A stretch of 64,000 nucleotides of DNA from Candidatus Bathyarchaeota archaeon (GTDB lineage Archaea > Thermoproteota > Bathyarchaeia > Bathyarchaeales > Bathycorpusculaceae), in contig CAWABA010000006.1 of the NCBI GenBank assembly GCA_963780185.1, positions 448,001 through 512,000 of the forward strand, read 5' to 3'. Shown in pieces: positions 40,140 to 50,300 of the stretch; the first letter of the stretch is position 1; every line of letters begins with the position of its first letter. The position numbers were made by a program, and so were the translations under genes. The notes under the pieces were generated by a model. It saw only the letters and a program-made list of their open reading frames with translations, had not been told where the DNA came from and did no database searches.

Positions 40140-40926
40140 TTATTTTGAGCGAAGATATTTGGCTGTGAAGCCTGTTCCGTCGGCTGAAAGATTAGAAACT
40201 GAAACAAGCTGGGAATTGACGGCGTTGGTCATTTCTATTCTTGAGAAATAAAATGCCTTTATTGCTCCTGATTTGGTGTTTGCGGTCAGATGGCATCCTG
40301 TGAGGGTGGCGTTTGTAAAATTCGCCACGACGGTGAGTTTGCCGCCTACTGTTGGCCGCTCAAGTATCCATTCGCCTGAAGAACGCGTTGAGTTGTAGAT
40401 GACTGTTGTGCCGAAGTATTGTCCAGTTGTTGAATCGCTCAGCTCAATGTTCCAGCGGTTTGCAGAAGAATCAACTAGACGCAGAGAAGCAACCACTATG
40501 TCGCCGGGAGAAACAGCTATCGTATCCATTCTTACGGCGTAGTTAGGCAGCAGTTCATACCAAGCATAGTAGGTTTGTTGCCCGCCAATCGCATCCTGCT
40601 CTGTTCCTTCCTGAATCAACGTGTCATCCAAGCTGTCCGCCGACCCCGATCCACACAGATGAATGTTCATCAGTTGCCGAAGATGCAACATTTGGAACTG
40701 TCCAGGAAGCGTTTATGGTGTTGATTTGAATTTTCGCGTTGGCATCTTTGGAAACAATGTATCCAGCCCAGCTTTCGCTTGAAACGCTTTCGCCTTGTGG
40801 GTTATTGGCAAAAACTGACAGCAGAACCGATAGAAAAGACAGGGACAGCACTAACAGTATGACCCAGACGACAACAAGCAGCACCGCACGTTTAGTAAAC
40901 CTTCTCTTTTCCGCCACATAGTTCAC
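40140..40926 (-). CDS. G1 (eqolisin) glutamic peptidase, membrane anchored (frameshift near 40630)
   Basis: SESWAGY, WTVP, WIGVGG then LIQEGTEQD, AWYELLP, GEWILERP. Confidence 0.88.
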
Positions 40927-41135
40927 CGATCAAATTCGACTAGCCTCGCCCGATGCGACCGCTGCCTAGACCAAAAATAATCAATTAACCTATGAAGATG
41001 CTTCAAAATAAAGTATTTGTTAAGAAGCCTCGTTAAAGAACTTGATAAAAAGATTTTTGCCTGCGAAGTTTTGAAATGCCGAATTAAACAACAGTTTGTT
41101 AAGCCTTAATTCTTTGAGGTTACAGATTATTTTTC

Positions 41136-41975
41136 ATGTTTCAAGTGAAGCTGATGGTCAAGGGCGATTTTGGGTTTGCGACGGAACTCGCCAACACCAT
41201 GGATTGGAACATGGCAGACGAAGACTTCCAATTTATGATTAGTCTGGAACCTGAAGGGTGCTTCGTCGCGTTTGACGGCAGGGAACCCATTGGCATCGCC
41301 ACAAACATCAGTTTCGGCAAGGTAGGCTGGTTCGGGAACCTAATAGTTAAAGAAAAATACCGAAGCAAAGGCGTAGGAAGCCTTCTCGTAAAACACTCAG
41401 TAAACTACCTTCAAACCAAAGGCGCTCAAACTATCGGGCTCTACGCTTACCCCAACCTTGGCAGCTTCTACGGCAAATTGGGTTTCAAAGCCGACGAGGA
41501 TTTCTCGGTTTTGCAGGCAGAAAATTTGCGCATTTTAAATTCCGAGGTTTTGCCGAGAGTGGGAAAGCAGCAGGTCAAGTCAATCGAGGAGTTTGACAGC
41601 CGATGTTTTGGCGGAGACAGGCAGAGGCTGCTTGAATCGATTATTCTTGAAAAAGGCAACTTGGGCTACTTCAAGTCTCAAGGCAACGAAGTTATCGGGT
41701 ACGCCGCGGCTACGGTGTACGAGAAAATGGCTTGGATTGGACCGCTGGTGTGCCGAGAAGGCAGAGTAGACATCGCAGTCTCTCTTCTAAAGGCAGTTCT
41801 GCCCAATTTGGCGGGCAAAAGCGTTTTCACGGTTCTTCCAAAGAAAGAGAAAAGTGTCGCCGACATGCTTTTCAGCGTTGGCTTTAAGGAAGATTTTTCT
41901 GTCTCTAGGATGTTTTTAGGTAAAGCCGTGGCGAAAAATTGTATATACATGGCTGAATCTTTAGAGCGAGGATAA
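41136..41975 (+). CDS. GNAT acetyltransferase (two-domain type)
   Basis: IVKEKYRSKGVG, FYGKLGF, FGGDR, IGPL. Confidence 0.9.
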   Translation: MFQVKLMVKGDFGFATELANTMDWNMADEDFQFMISLEPEGCFVAFDGREPIGIATNISFGKVGWFGNLIVKEKYRSKGVGSLLVKHSVNYLQTKGAQTIGLYAYPNLGSFYGKLGFKADEDFSVLQAENLRILNSEVLPRVGKQQVKSIEEFDSRCFGGDRQRLLESIILEKGNLGYFKSQGNEVIGYAAATVYEKMAWIGPLVCREGRVDIAVSLLKAVLPNLAGKSVFTVLPKKEKSVADMLFSVGFKEDFSVSRMFLGKAVAKNCIYMAESLERG

Positions 41976-41978
41976 ACC

Positions 41979-43346
41979 TTGATGTGTGAAGATAACAGTA
42001 AAGCTTTGGTTGAAGATTTTCTTAAAAGCTCCATGTCAACTGTGAAAATTCTAGTCAAAAAGCTTTCCACTTTCAAACAGGAAACACGGAGCAGGCAGGT
42101 GACACTGTTCCGTTATGTTGACGGCAAAAAAGTCAGCCAACAGTTCACGAGTAACCAGTTCTTTTTAAGAGGTTCCGTTGAATACACGAATCCCCAGTTG
42201 ACCGTTGAAGAGGTCCAAGGAATCATTGGCACGCGGCTTCTTGAGGCTACGGCAAACTACTTTGACATGGTTGGGCTGCATGAACCCGACAGCGGTGACG
42301 TTTCTCAGCTCTGCGAACGTTTAAAGAAGCCGCCTGAAGGCTACATCGTGCCTTTCTTGCTGAACACTGACGATGTCGAGGCAGACCGTTACTCCATGAA
42401 CCCGCTTAAGCAATCCATCGTTGACAGCGGGCAAAGCGCTTTTCCAGCCGCCTACGTTAAAACAGACAACCTAAAAATTGATGAAGCCTACGCGAAGAAA
42501 TACGATGGTAGCTTGATTTCAAAGGGCGAAACGGAGCTGATAACCAGCAGTCTCAAGTCATCCAATGGTTCGTATTTGGATTTTGTTGATTCAGTAAAGT
42601 ATCAGCAGCTTGAGCCTTTGTCAAAGTTTTTCGGCATGAACCTGTCGTTGTGTTCGCTTCGGATGCCTCTTTCAACTTTGAAGGGGGAAGCCAAAGACGG
42701 GGTTCTGCATCATATCATCGGCGAAAGCCACCGCGGCTACGACTCGGTCAGCGACGCCTACGCCTGCATGGGCAGAAGCATGTCGAACCGCACGACCCTG
42801 CTTACGGTGCCGCATTCAAAGAAAGGCTACGGCTCCAAACGGGCAGCCCGAGGCAAAATACACTTTGAAGGCAACAAGCTTCTCGACGTCGCCGTGAAAT
42901 ACAAAACCACCAAGCTCTACCCTAACGCGATGGATGAGGAGGATGTCGCGGTTGCCCACTGCGATGACAGCTTCGCAGTTGCGGGAGAAAAACTTTCAGA
43001 CTACAGCTATGAAGAGACTCCTTCTTCACCGCAATTCTTCCTGTACTCGATCGGTTCGCCTGAGAACGCGGCTATGTGGCATGGCATCGGCGCCTTCGGT
43101 TCTTCAGGGCTTCTGACCAGTTACACTTCTGCGCATCATGCTTGCATTGAAGGTAGATTAATCAAGAATTTGAACACTAAATACGGCATCAATGTGGAAG
43201 TGCCTTTGCAGTTTAACCTTGCTCCAGAAGGCATGTGGAGCCATCCTATTCACCGAAATATCGACGCAAGCATCGGAAGCATCGAAGACCTCCCAGACTT
43301 GGTGCGCCGTGGAATGAAGATTGAGTATCTTTCAGCTTTCAAATAG
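41979..43346 (+). CDS. Hypothetical 455-aa cytoplasmic protein
   Basis: Long intact ORF 3 bp after the GNAT; family not recognised. Confidence 0.8.
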   Translation: MMCEDNSKALVEDFLKSSMSTVKILVKKLSTFKQETRSRQVTLFRYVDGKKVSQQFTSNQFFLRGSVEYTNPQLTVEEVQGIIGTRLLEATANYFDMVGLHEPDSGDVSQLCERLKKPPEGYIVPFLLNTDDVEADRYSMNPLKQSIVDSGQSAFPAAYVKTDNLKIDEAYAKKYDGSLISKGETELITSSLKSSNGSYLDFVDSVKYQQLEPLSKFFGMNLSLCSLRMPLSTLKGEAKDGVLHHIIGESHRGYDSVSDAYACMGRSMSNRTTLLTVPHSKKGYGSKRAARGKIHFEGNKLLDVAVKYKTTKLYPNAMDEEDVAVAHCDDSFAVAGEKLSDYSYEETPSSPQFFLYSIGSPENAAMWHGIGAFGSSGLLTSYTSAHHACIEGRLIKNLNTKYGINVEVPLQFNLAPEGMWSHPIHRNIDASIGSIEDLPDLVRRGMKIEYLSAFK

Positions 43347-43360
43347 GAGCGCTGCAGGCT

Positions 43361-43897
43361 TTGACGGCATTTGAATACGCGTTTTTTAGACTTTTGCGGT
43401 TGTTCAGAAAGCTTCCCTTTGACCCGCTTAGCCTTATGAACCAGAAAGTTATTTTCGCGGAGTACTTCAAGGGCTTCGAAAAAAATGCGGCTGTCCGAGG
43501 CATTTTCGGCGAAAAAACCCATGAAGTGCTAAGCCACCTAACCGTGGAGATAAGCTGGATTATGGGTTACATGTACGTGGACGGCAGCGATGGGCACCTA
43601 GTCATAAGCAAAAACTACCTGAACAACGGCGACAAAACCGACATTTACCTTGACCTGATCCATGAGCTTTGCCACGTTAAACAGTTTATGAATGGGAAAG
43701 AACTCTTCGACCCCCGATACGACTACGTTGATAGACCCACAGAAATCGAAGCCTACCGATACGCGGTTAAAGAAGCCAGACGTTTAGGGCTCAGCGAACA
43801 AAGAATCTATTGCTATCTGCGGACCGAGTGGATGAGCGACGACGATTTTTCACGTTTAGCCAATTCGGTGGGCGTCTACGTCTCCAAAGCTTCATGA
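43361..43897 (+). CDS. Zincin-like protein
   Basis: LIHELCHVKQ...Y..RPTEIEAY. Confidence 0.75.
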   Translation: MTAFEYAFFRLLRLFRKLPFDPLSLMNQKVIFAEYFKGFEKNAAVRGIFGEKTHEVLSHLTVEISWIMGYMYVDGSDGHLVISKNYLNNGDKTDIYLDLIHELCHVKQFMNGKELFDPRYDYVDRPTEIEAYRYAVKEARRLGLSEQRIYCYLRTEWMSDDDFSRLANSVGVYVSKAS

Positions 43898-45066
43898 TAA
43901 ACCCGCAGCATCTTCTTGGCGCAAAGGTCCCAAGTGAAGTTCTCCGCAACAAACTGTCTTGCGGCAGCACCCATTTTTTCGCGCAAACCCAGGTCGGACA
44001 GAAGCCGCGTCACCGCATCCGCCAACGCGTCGGTGTCCCCGCATTTAACCAGTAGCCCCGTTTCCCCGTTGCGCACGGCTTCGTTGACTCCACCTATGTT
44101 GAAGGCGACCACGGGTTTAGCCGACGATTGAGCTTCAAGCAGCACTATGCCTTGCCCCTCTTGGATTGAGGGCAAAACAAAAACGTCAGCGCAATTGTAC
44201 GCGGCAACAAGCATGTCCGCATTTAAGTTGCCTAGAAACTTGAAGTTCCCCGAAAGGTTCGCAGAGCCCAAGGCGCTGACCAGCTGACTTTTCATTGGTC
44301 CTTCCCCTACAATCAGGAACTGGGCTTTCCCATTTTCTTTCACAATTTTCTCGGCTGCTTTAACCAGAAAAGGCAGACCTTTCCGCGGAATCAGGCTGCC
44401 GACGAAGAGCACGCAGGGCTCATCAGCTAACCCGAACTGCCGCTTAGCCGCCGCAGAGTCACCGAGCGGCTTGAAAACCTCGGGGTCGACGCCGTTTGGC
44501 ACAATCCTTACCTTCGACGCCTCGATGCCGTAGTGTTCCTTTATTTTTTCAAGGGAATAGTTGCTGATCGCCACCACAAGGTTGGCGTTTTTGGCTGTTT
44601 CCTCCTCCAGCTTGGCGAGACGATGCATGAAGTAGTTAGCTGCCCGTCCCCTCAGCGATGCGGAGCCGCTTGTGCGTGCCTGCTCATACTCGTCTGCTAG
44701 TACCCCGTGAACCGTGCTGATAAACGGCTTTTTGATGCCTTGTTTTTTCAGCGTTCTTAAAAGTCCGTACCCGCTTACTGCGTGTGCCTCGTAGACATCG
44801 GCGTCTATGCTTGGAGCTTTTTGGGAGAGGCTTCGGTTAAAGAACCAGTTGTCAAAGGGGAAGAGTCGGTCTGTTGAGTGGCAGGGGACAAAGTTTACGC
44901 CGTTGATGTTGGCGGGTTCTTTGAAGCCTGCTTTGGTGGCGCTGTAAACCGTTATTTCCGCTTCGTTTGCTAATCGTTTCGTAGTTTCGATTATTCGCCT
45001 CTCTACCCCTCCGAAATAGAGTTGGGGCGGCTGAGTGTTTATGACGGCTAACCGAAACTTAACCAA
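43876..45066 (-). CDS. GT4 glycosyltransferase
   Basis: GGVERR, VPNGVD, RKG, EGQGIVLLEA; start probably TTG 45066. Confidence 0.92.
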   Translation of the reverse strand: MVKFRLAVINTQPPQLYFGGVERRIIETTKRLANEAEITVYSATKAGFKEPANINGVNFVPCHSTDRLFPFDNWFFNRSLSQKAPSIDADVYEAHAVSGYGLLRTLKKQGIKKPFISTVHGVLADEYEQARTSGSASLRGRAANYFMHRLAKLEEETAKNANLVVAISNYSLEKIKEHYGIEASKVRIVPNGVDPEVFKPLGDSAAAKRQFGLADEPCVLFVGSLIPRKGLPFLVKAAEKIVKENGKAQFLIVGEGPMKSQLVSALGSANLSGNFKFLGNLNADMLVAAYNCADVFVLPSIQEGQGIVLLEAQSSAKPVVAFNIGGVNEAVRNGETGLLVKCGDTDALADAVTRLLSDLGLREKMGAAARQFVAENFTWDLCAKKMLRVYHEALET

Positions 45067-45233
45067 ACAATACACCTCTCGGCTTAATGTTAGGCGAGAA
45101 TTCAAATTTAAGTGCATCCCTCGCCTCGTAAAAAATCGGGGCAGGTCAGTCAAGAAACTTTGACTGGGCTTAGTCAAGGAATGTTAACCAAAAGCGATTA
45201 AAAGCAACTTGAACCATCCACAAATGAGCGAAA

Positions 45234-47012
45234 ATGAAGAAAATAACCGCAATATTACTTGCTTTCCTCCTAACCTCCTTAATGATTGGAAGCGCCAAGC
45301 TTGAATTCGCGCGTGCTTCTACGCCTGTAATCGGCATCATCAATTCGGATACCACATGGACAGAAGAGAACAGCCCATACAGCCTCAACGGACCCACAGC
45401 AGTGAACTTAGGGACAACGTTGACAATTGAACCCGGAGTAACGGTGAACTTCAACGGCTACTATATTCAAGTCAACGGCACTTTTGTGGCAAGCGGCAGC
45501 AATTCAGACAAAATTACCTTCAACGATGGAAAAATTACTTTAACTTATGTGAGCAACGGCTGGGACGCCCAGACTGGTTCAGGTAGCCGAATCGAAAACA
45601 GCATTTTAGCCAATACTTCAATATTTAGCGATGACGCCGTAAAGCTAAGCAACGACGAGATAAGTGGTGAAGTCCATGCAGGCAATTATTCAGAGCTCTC
45701 CAACAACAAAATAACAGATAACAATGCGTTCTTTCTGGGCGATTCCTGCAAAGTCGACGGCAACACCTTATCAGGGCAAGTCGTAGTCGGAAATAATGTT
45801 GAATTTTCCCATAACAAAATTGACCTCGCTGAATTAGTTACCGGTGCCTCATGCACAATCGCCTACAACACAATCACTCAACCGCCCCCGTCTAATAGCC
45901 CATTCAGTGGAGTCGCCACTGCTCTGGACGCAGGCGCATCTTCAACAATAACAAACAACGTAATTATGGGAACTATCACTGGGGCACCCTCGGAAATCTC
46001 AGGCAACACAATAGAGGGCGGAGGCAGCTACCGGTCTTACTTCGACACGGATACGGTTGACGTACCCGCGATAAACATAGCTTGTTACACATGCACTTTT
46101 TCGTCTAACCAAATACGAGGAACCGCTGGCACAGCAATACAAGCAAAACAAACAGTATTCACATCAAACAACATATTTGGAAGCGTAGACGTCGCCCAAA
46201 ACTCAATTTTCAAAAGCAACATAATAAACGGAACAATATGCGGCGGAAATTCATTTGTTAATAACAAAATATACGGATACATCAGCTTAGCAGGTGATTT
46301 ATCGAATATTTCGGGAAACTACATAGAAAATGGAGGCGTCAACTGCTGCAATTTCATCGCCCAAATAACCGACAATACTCTTCAAAACAGCAATATCTAC
46401 AACGCAGCCGGAACCATCCTACATAACCTCATAACCGGCGGCGCAGGAATAAGCACAGGCTCAGCTCCCGTAACAATCACTGCCAACACAATAAGCAAAA
46501 ACACCGTAGGAATCTCCGTGGGATCAGCAACCCCAATCATAAATGACAACAACATAGTAGACAACACGCAGAATAGTATTCTTCTGACAGCAAGCGCCGA
46601 CGTCAACGCCTCCAACAATTGGTGGGGGACAACTGACACGAAATCAATAAGCAGCACAATTCATGATTCAAAAAGCGACTTCAACCTAGGCACAGTTAAC
46701 ATCATTCCAATTCTGCAGTCGTCAAACACCGCCGCAGTGCCTGACCCAAACGCAGTCTTGCCGAGCACGAACAACGAACCTACCCAAACGCAGATTACAA
46801 CGTCCACGCCGCTCCCTACGCCAACACAAACCCATGTTCCGTCCCCTTCTTCCAAAAGCGCTCGTGAAACAGCTCAAGGTTCGCTGTCGCCAAGCCAATT
46901 CGTAATAACTGTCTTGGTAGGCGTCATCATTGCTTTGATAATTGTCGTCGCATTTGTTCTGTTGCTTCTGGAGCGAAGCAATGAAAGGCTAAGGGCGAGA
47001 GCCACAACGTAG
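45234..47012 (+). CDS. Secreted right-handed beta-helix protein with PT linker and C-terminal TM
   Basis: DTTWTEENSPY, LTIEPGV, Asn-rich repeats, NNWWG, TPLPTPT, TM. Confidence 0.88.
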   Translation: MKKITAILLAFLLTSLMIGSAKLEFARASTPVIGIINSDTTWTEENSPYSLNGPTAVNLGTTLTIEPGVTVNFNGYYIQVNGTFVASGSNSDKITFNDGKITLTYVSNGWDAQTGSGSRIENSILANTSIFSDDAVKLSNDEISGEVHAGNYSELSNNKITDNNAFFLGDSCKVDGNTLSGQVVVGNNVEFSHNKIDLAELVTGASCTIAYNTITQPPPSNSPFSGVATALDAGASSTITNNVIMGTITGAPSEISGNTIEGGGSYRSYFDTDTVDVPAINIACYTCTFSSNQIRGTAGTAIQAKQTVFTSNNIFGSVDVAQNSIFKSNIINGTICGGNSFVNNKIYGYISLAGDLSNISGNYIENGGVNCCNFIAQITDNTLQNSNIYNAAGTILHNLITGGAGISTGSAPVTITANTISKNTVGISVGSATPIINDNNIVDNTQNSILLTASADVNASNNWWGTTDTKSISSTIHDSKSDFNLGTVNIIPILQSSNTAAVPDPNAVLPSTNNEPTQTQITTSTPLPTPTQTHVPSPSSKSARETAQGSLSPSQFVITVLVGVIIALIIVVAFVLLLLERSNERLRARATT

Positions 47013-47156
47013 GTTACTCTGTTTAACTTCGTTCGCCACTCAATTAAATCCCCCAGTCTCTTCAGTTTCAGCCTGTTCGCCCAGCAGATTAGCCTTTTTT
47101 GCCCAATTACGGGAGCACAAGGAACTTTATACTTTTATATAGTCTCTTGGCTTATT

Positions 47157-50100
47157 TTGCGGGATGGGATGAACGCTGTGTCTGACATCGAAGAAACCCA
47201 AAATGACGCATCAGGTTTACCTGCAAACTACGCGCCTCTTGCTTTGGAGAAGGAAATACGCGAGTTCTGGGTTAAAAACCAAATCCGCGAAAAACTTGAG
47301 CTTATCGAGCAGAACGCTAAGGGCTTTTTGGGGTACGTGGAAGGTCCGCCGACTCTGAACGGTATCCCGCATATTGGGCACGCCCGCGGCAGAGTGATGA
47401 AGGACGTGCGTTATCGTTGGAAAACCATGGAAGGCTTCTACATGCCGTTTTGGGCTGGATGGGACTGCCAAGGCTTACCCGTCGAACTCGAAGTTGAGAA
47501 GCTCCTCGGTGTTCGAAACAAGCGGGAATCCATCGAGAAATACGGGATGGAACGCTTCATTGAAGAATGTAAGAAAGCCATCATGCGTTACCATGCTATG
47601 TGGCTGTTAGCCGATGGGAATCTAGGCGTGTTCATCAACCAGGAGAAGGCTTACTGGACCTACAAAGACAGCTACATCGAGCGAGAATGGCAAATCCTCA
47701 AACGCGCTTGGGACCAAGGGCTGCTAGAAGAAGGCCACTACGTCGTCGCTTACTGCCCCGGCTGCCAAACCAGTCTAAGCAGCGCCGAAGTCGGCTACGA
47801 AGGCAGTTACAAAGAAGTCGAAGACCCATCACTTTACTTCAAATTCAAAGTTGCAGGCAGCAAAAACGAGTTTTTCCTCGTTTGGACAACCATGCCTTTC
47901 ACCATAGTAACCGACACCATGCTTGCAGTTAAGCCAGATGTCGAATACGTGAAAGTGCAGGTTGGCGAGGAAATCTGGATACTGATGAAGCAGCGACTCG
48001 AACCCGTCATGCAAGAACTTGAAATCAGCAAATACCAGATTATCGATTCTATGATGGGGCAAAGCCTGGAAGGAACAGCCTACGATTACCCCTTAAAAGA
48101 CCTCATTCCAAAACAAGCAGAAAACGAAACCAAACATCCCCTCGTGCACCACGTTATCGGGGAAAATTTCGTTGATGTAAACACCGCTACAGGTGTCGTT
48201 CATCTGTCACCTGGGAACGGCGAGGATGACTTTTGGGCAGCCCAACGCCGGGGGGTACCAATCTATGCGCCGTTCGATGATGAAGTCAAGTTTACAAAGG
48301 ACGCTGGAACATTCGTTGGCGTTTTTGCAAGAGACGCAGACAAGCTTGTAGTTGAGGAACTCCGAAACCGCAACGCCTTCGTCAAGGTAGCCATGCAAAA
48401 ACACGAGTACCCAACATGTTGGCGCAGCCACCACAAACTGGTTTGGCTAGCCCGAAAAGAATACTTTTTGCGCACAGACAAACTAAACAGCAAAGTGCTG
48501 CAAGCCGCAGAAAAAGTAGAATACTTCTTTGAAGAACCCAAAAACCGTTTCCTCGGCTTTCTAAAAGAGGGGAAGCCATGGTGCATCAGCCGCGAACGCA
48601 TCTGGGGAACGCCCCTGCCGATTTGGACCTGCGAAAAATGCCGCGAAAAACGGTTAATCGCAAGCAAGAAAGAGCTACTTGACAGTGCACAGGAAGCAAT
48701 CCCGGACAATTTCGAGTTGCATAAGCCGTGGGTTGACCGCGTGACGTTGAAATGCGGTAAATGCGGCGGAAAGATGCGTCGAGAGGACTTCGTGTTGGAT
48801 ACCTGGCATAACAGCGGTGCTTCACCCTACGCGCGTTTCTCCGATGAGGAAGTTGAGAAGTTTGTGCCTACCGATTTTCTGACGGAAGGCATCGACCAAA
48901 CCAGAGGCTGGGCAAATTCTCTGCTGCTTGAACACGTCATCTTAACAGGCAAAGCTGAAGCACCCTACAAGTCGTTCCTGTTCCAAGGGCTCACGCAGGA
49001 TGCAAAAGGCAGAAAAATGAGCAAAAGCTTGGGCAACGTGGTTGAAACCAACAAGCTTCTGGAAAAAAACTCAGCGGACCTTTGCCGATTCTACATGATG
49101 CGAAAATGTTCCTCCACTGACTTCATGAATTTTGACATGCAGGAACTCAACCGCCGCCCCTATCAGGTGCTGTCAACACTGTACCATCTAAGCAGGTTCT
49201 TTCTGCAAAACGCAACCTTCGACGAATTCAGCGCCAACAAATACACGTTGGAGTGGGCTACGAAAGCGGGTAAGCTTGAGGCTGCTGACCTTTGGCTTCT
49301 CTCTAAGCTTCAGGAGAAGATTGAGGATTACACCGCGGAGCTGCAGAGATGCGAATTCAACGCGGCTGTGGCGGTTCTGGATGACTTCGTGATTGAAACC
49401 TTGAGCAGGCTGTATGTGCCTATGATTCGCAAGGAACTTTGGACCGACGAACCTGAAACTTTTGAGCGCCGCCAAACCATCTACGCCCTGCTCCACCACA
49501 CGCTCAAAACGGTGACGTTGCTGTTCAACCCCGTTACGCCCTACCTAAGCGAGGCGCTTTACCAAAAAATCTACCGCCAACTTGAACCCAGCCTGCCTGA
49601 ATCCGTCAACATGGCAGCCTGGCCAACGCCAAACCCGAAACTCCGAGACAAAACCCTGGAAGAACAATTCGACACGCTGCTCACGACTGTTTCAATCGGT
49701 TACGCTGCAAGGCAGCAAGGCAAACTGAAGCGCCGTTGGCCTCTGAGCAAGGCAATTGTTGTGGCGCCGCAAAAAACCTTGGACGCGCTGAAGCATCTGG
49801 AAGCGATATTCTTGGAGTCGTCAAACGTGAAAGCCGTCGAATACGCCACCGAAGTTCCCGAGTACGTTGGAGGCGAAAACTGGGTTTCTTCGCAGATAGA
49901 CGACGTCACCGTGTTCGTTAGCGGGCAAAGGGACGAAAAACTTCTTGGCGAAGGCATAATGCGCGACTTAGCACGCCGCGTTCAAGCGCTCCGTAAAGAA
50001 ATGGGTTTTGTGCCCACCGAAGTCTTGGAGTCCGTACACATCGCCGAGTTAGACGAGGAAAGCATGGGTTTGCTTGAGCCGTATTTGGAGGAGATGGCTG

Positions 50101-50213
50101 GATTGGTAAGGGCAAGAAAAGTATATCTGCATAGCAGCTGCAAAGATGAAGTTGGCGTGGAATGGCATGAATCCGAGTTAGACAACAAAAAAATATACCT
50201 AAACATTCACTAG
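47157..50213 (+). CDS. ileS: Isoleucine--tRNA ligase
   Basis: GPP..NG.PHIGH, GWDCQGLPVE, WTTMP, WCISRER.WG, EGIDQTRGW, KMSKS. Confidence 0.97.
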   Translation: MRDGMNAVSDIEETQNDASGLPANYAPLALEKEIREFWVKNQIREKLELIEQNAKGFLGYVEGPPTLNGIPHIGHARGRVMKDVRYRWKTMEGFYMPFWAGWDCQGLPVELEVEKLLGVRNKRESIEKYGMERFIEECKKAIMRYHAMWLLADGNLGVFINQEKAYWTYKDSYIEREWQILKRAWDQGLLEEGHYVVAYCPGCQTSLSSAEVGYEGSYKEVEDPSLYFKFKVAGSKNEFFLVWTTMPFTIVTDTMLAVKPDVEYVKVQVGEEIWILMKQRLEPVMQELEISKYQIIDSMMGQSLEGTAYDYPLKDLIPKQAENETKHPLVHHVIGENFVDVNTATGVVHLSPGNGEDDFWAAQRRGVPIYAPFDDEVKFTKDAGTFVGVFARDADKLVVEELRNRNAFVKVAMQKHEYPTCWRSHHKLVWLARKEYFLRTDKLNSKVLQAAEKVEYFFEEPKNRFLGFLKEGKPWCISRERIWGTPLPIWTCEKCREKRLIASKKELLDSAQEAIPDNFELHKPWVDRVTLKCGKCGGKMRREDFVLDTWHNSGASPYARFSDEEVEKFVPTDFLTEGIDQTRGWANSLLLEHVILTGKAEAPYKSFLFQGLTQDAKGRKMSKSLGNVVETNKLLEKNSADLCRFYMMRKCSSTDFMNFDMQELNRRPYQVLSTLYHLSRFFLQNATFDEFSANKYTLEWATKAGKLEAADLWLLSKLQEKIEDYTAELQRCEFNAAVAVLDDFVIETLSRLYVPMIRKELWTDEPETFERRQTIYALLHHTLKTVTLLFNPVTPYLSEALYQKIYRQLEPSLPESVNMAAWPTPNPKLRDKTLEEQFDTLLTTVSIGYAARQQGKLKRRWPLSKAIVVAPQKTLDALKHLEAIFLESSNVKAVEYATEVPEYVGGENWVSSQIDDVTVFVSGQRDEKLLGEGIMRDLARRVQALRKEMGFVPTEVLESVHIAELDEESMGLLEPYLEEMAGLVRARKVYLHSSCKDEVGVEWHESELDNKKIYLNIH

Positions 50214-50300
50214 CCCTGACTCACCTTTATTTTAAAGCTCTGAAGTGAGAATTTTCGCATTAACTCTCCTGCAGAGCAACGTTTTTAGCGCAGTTAGCGG

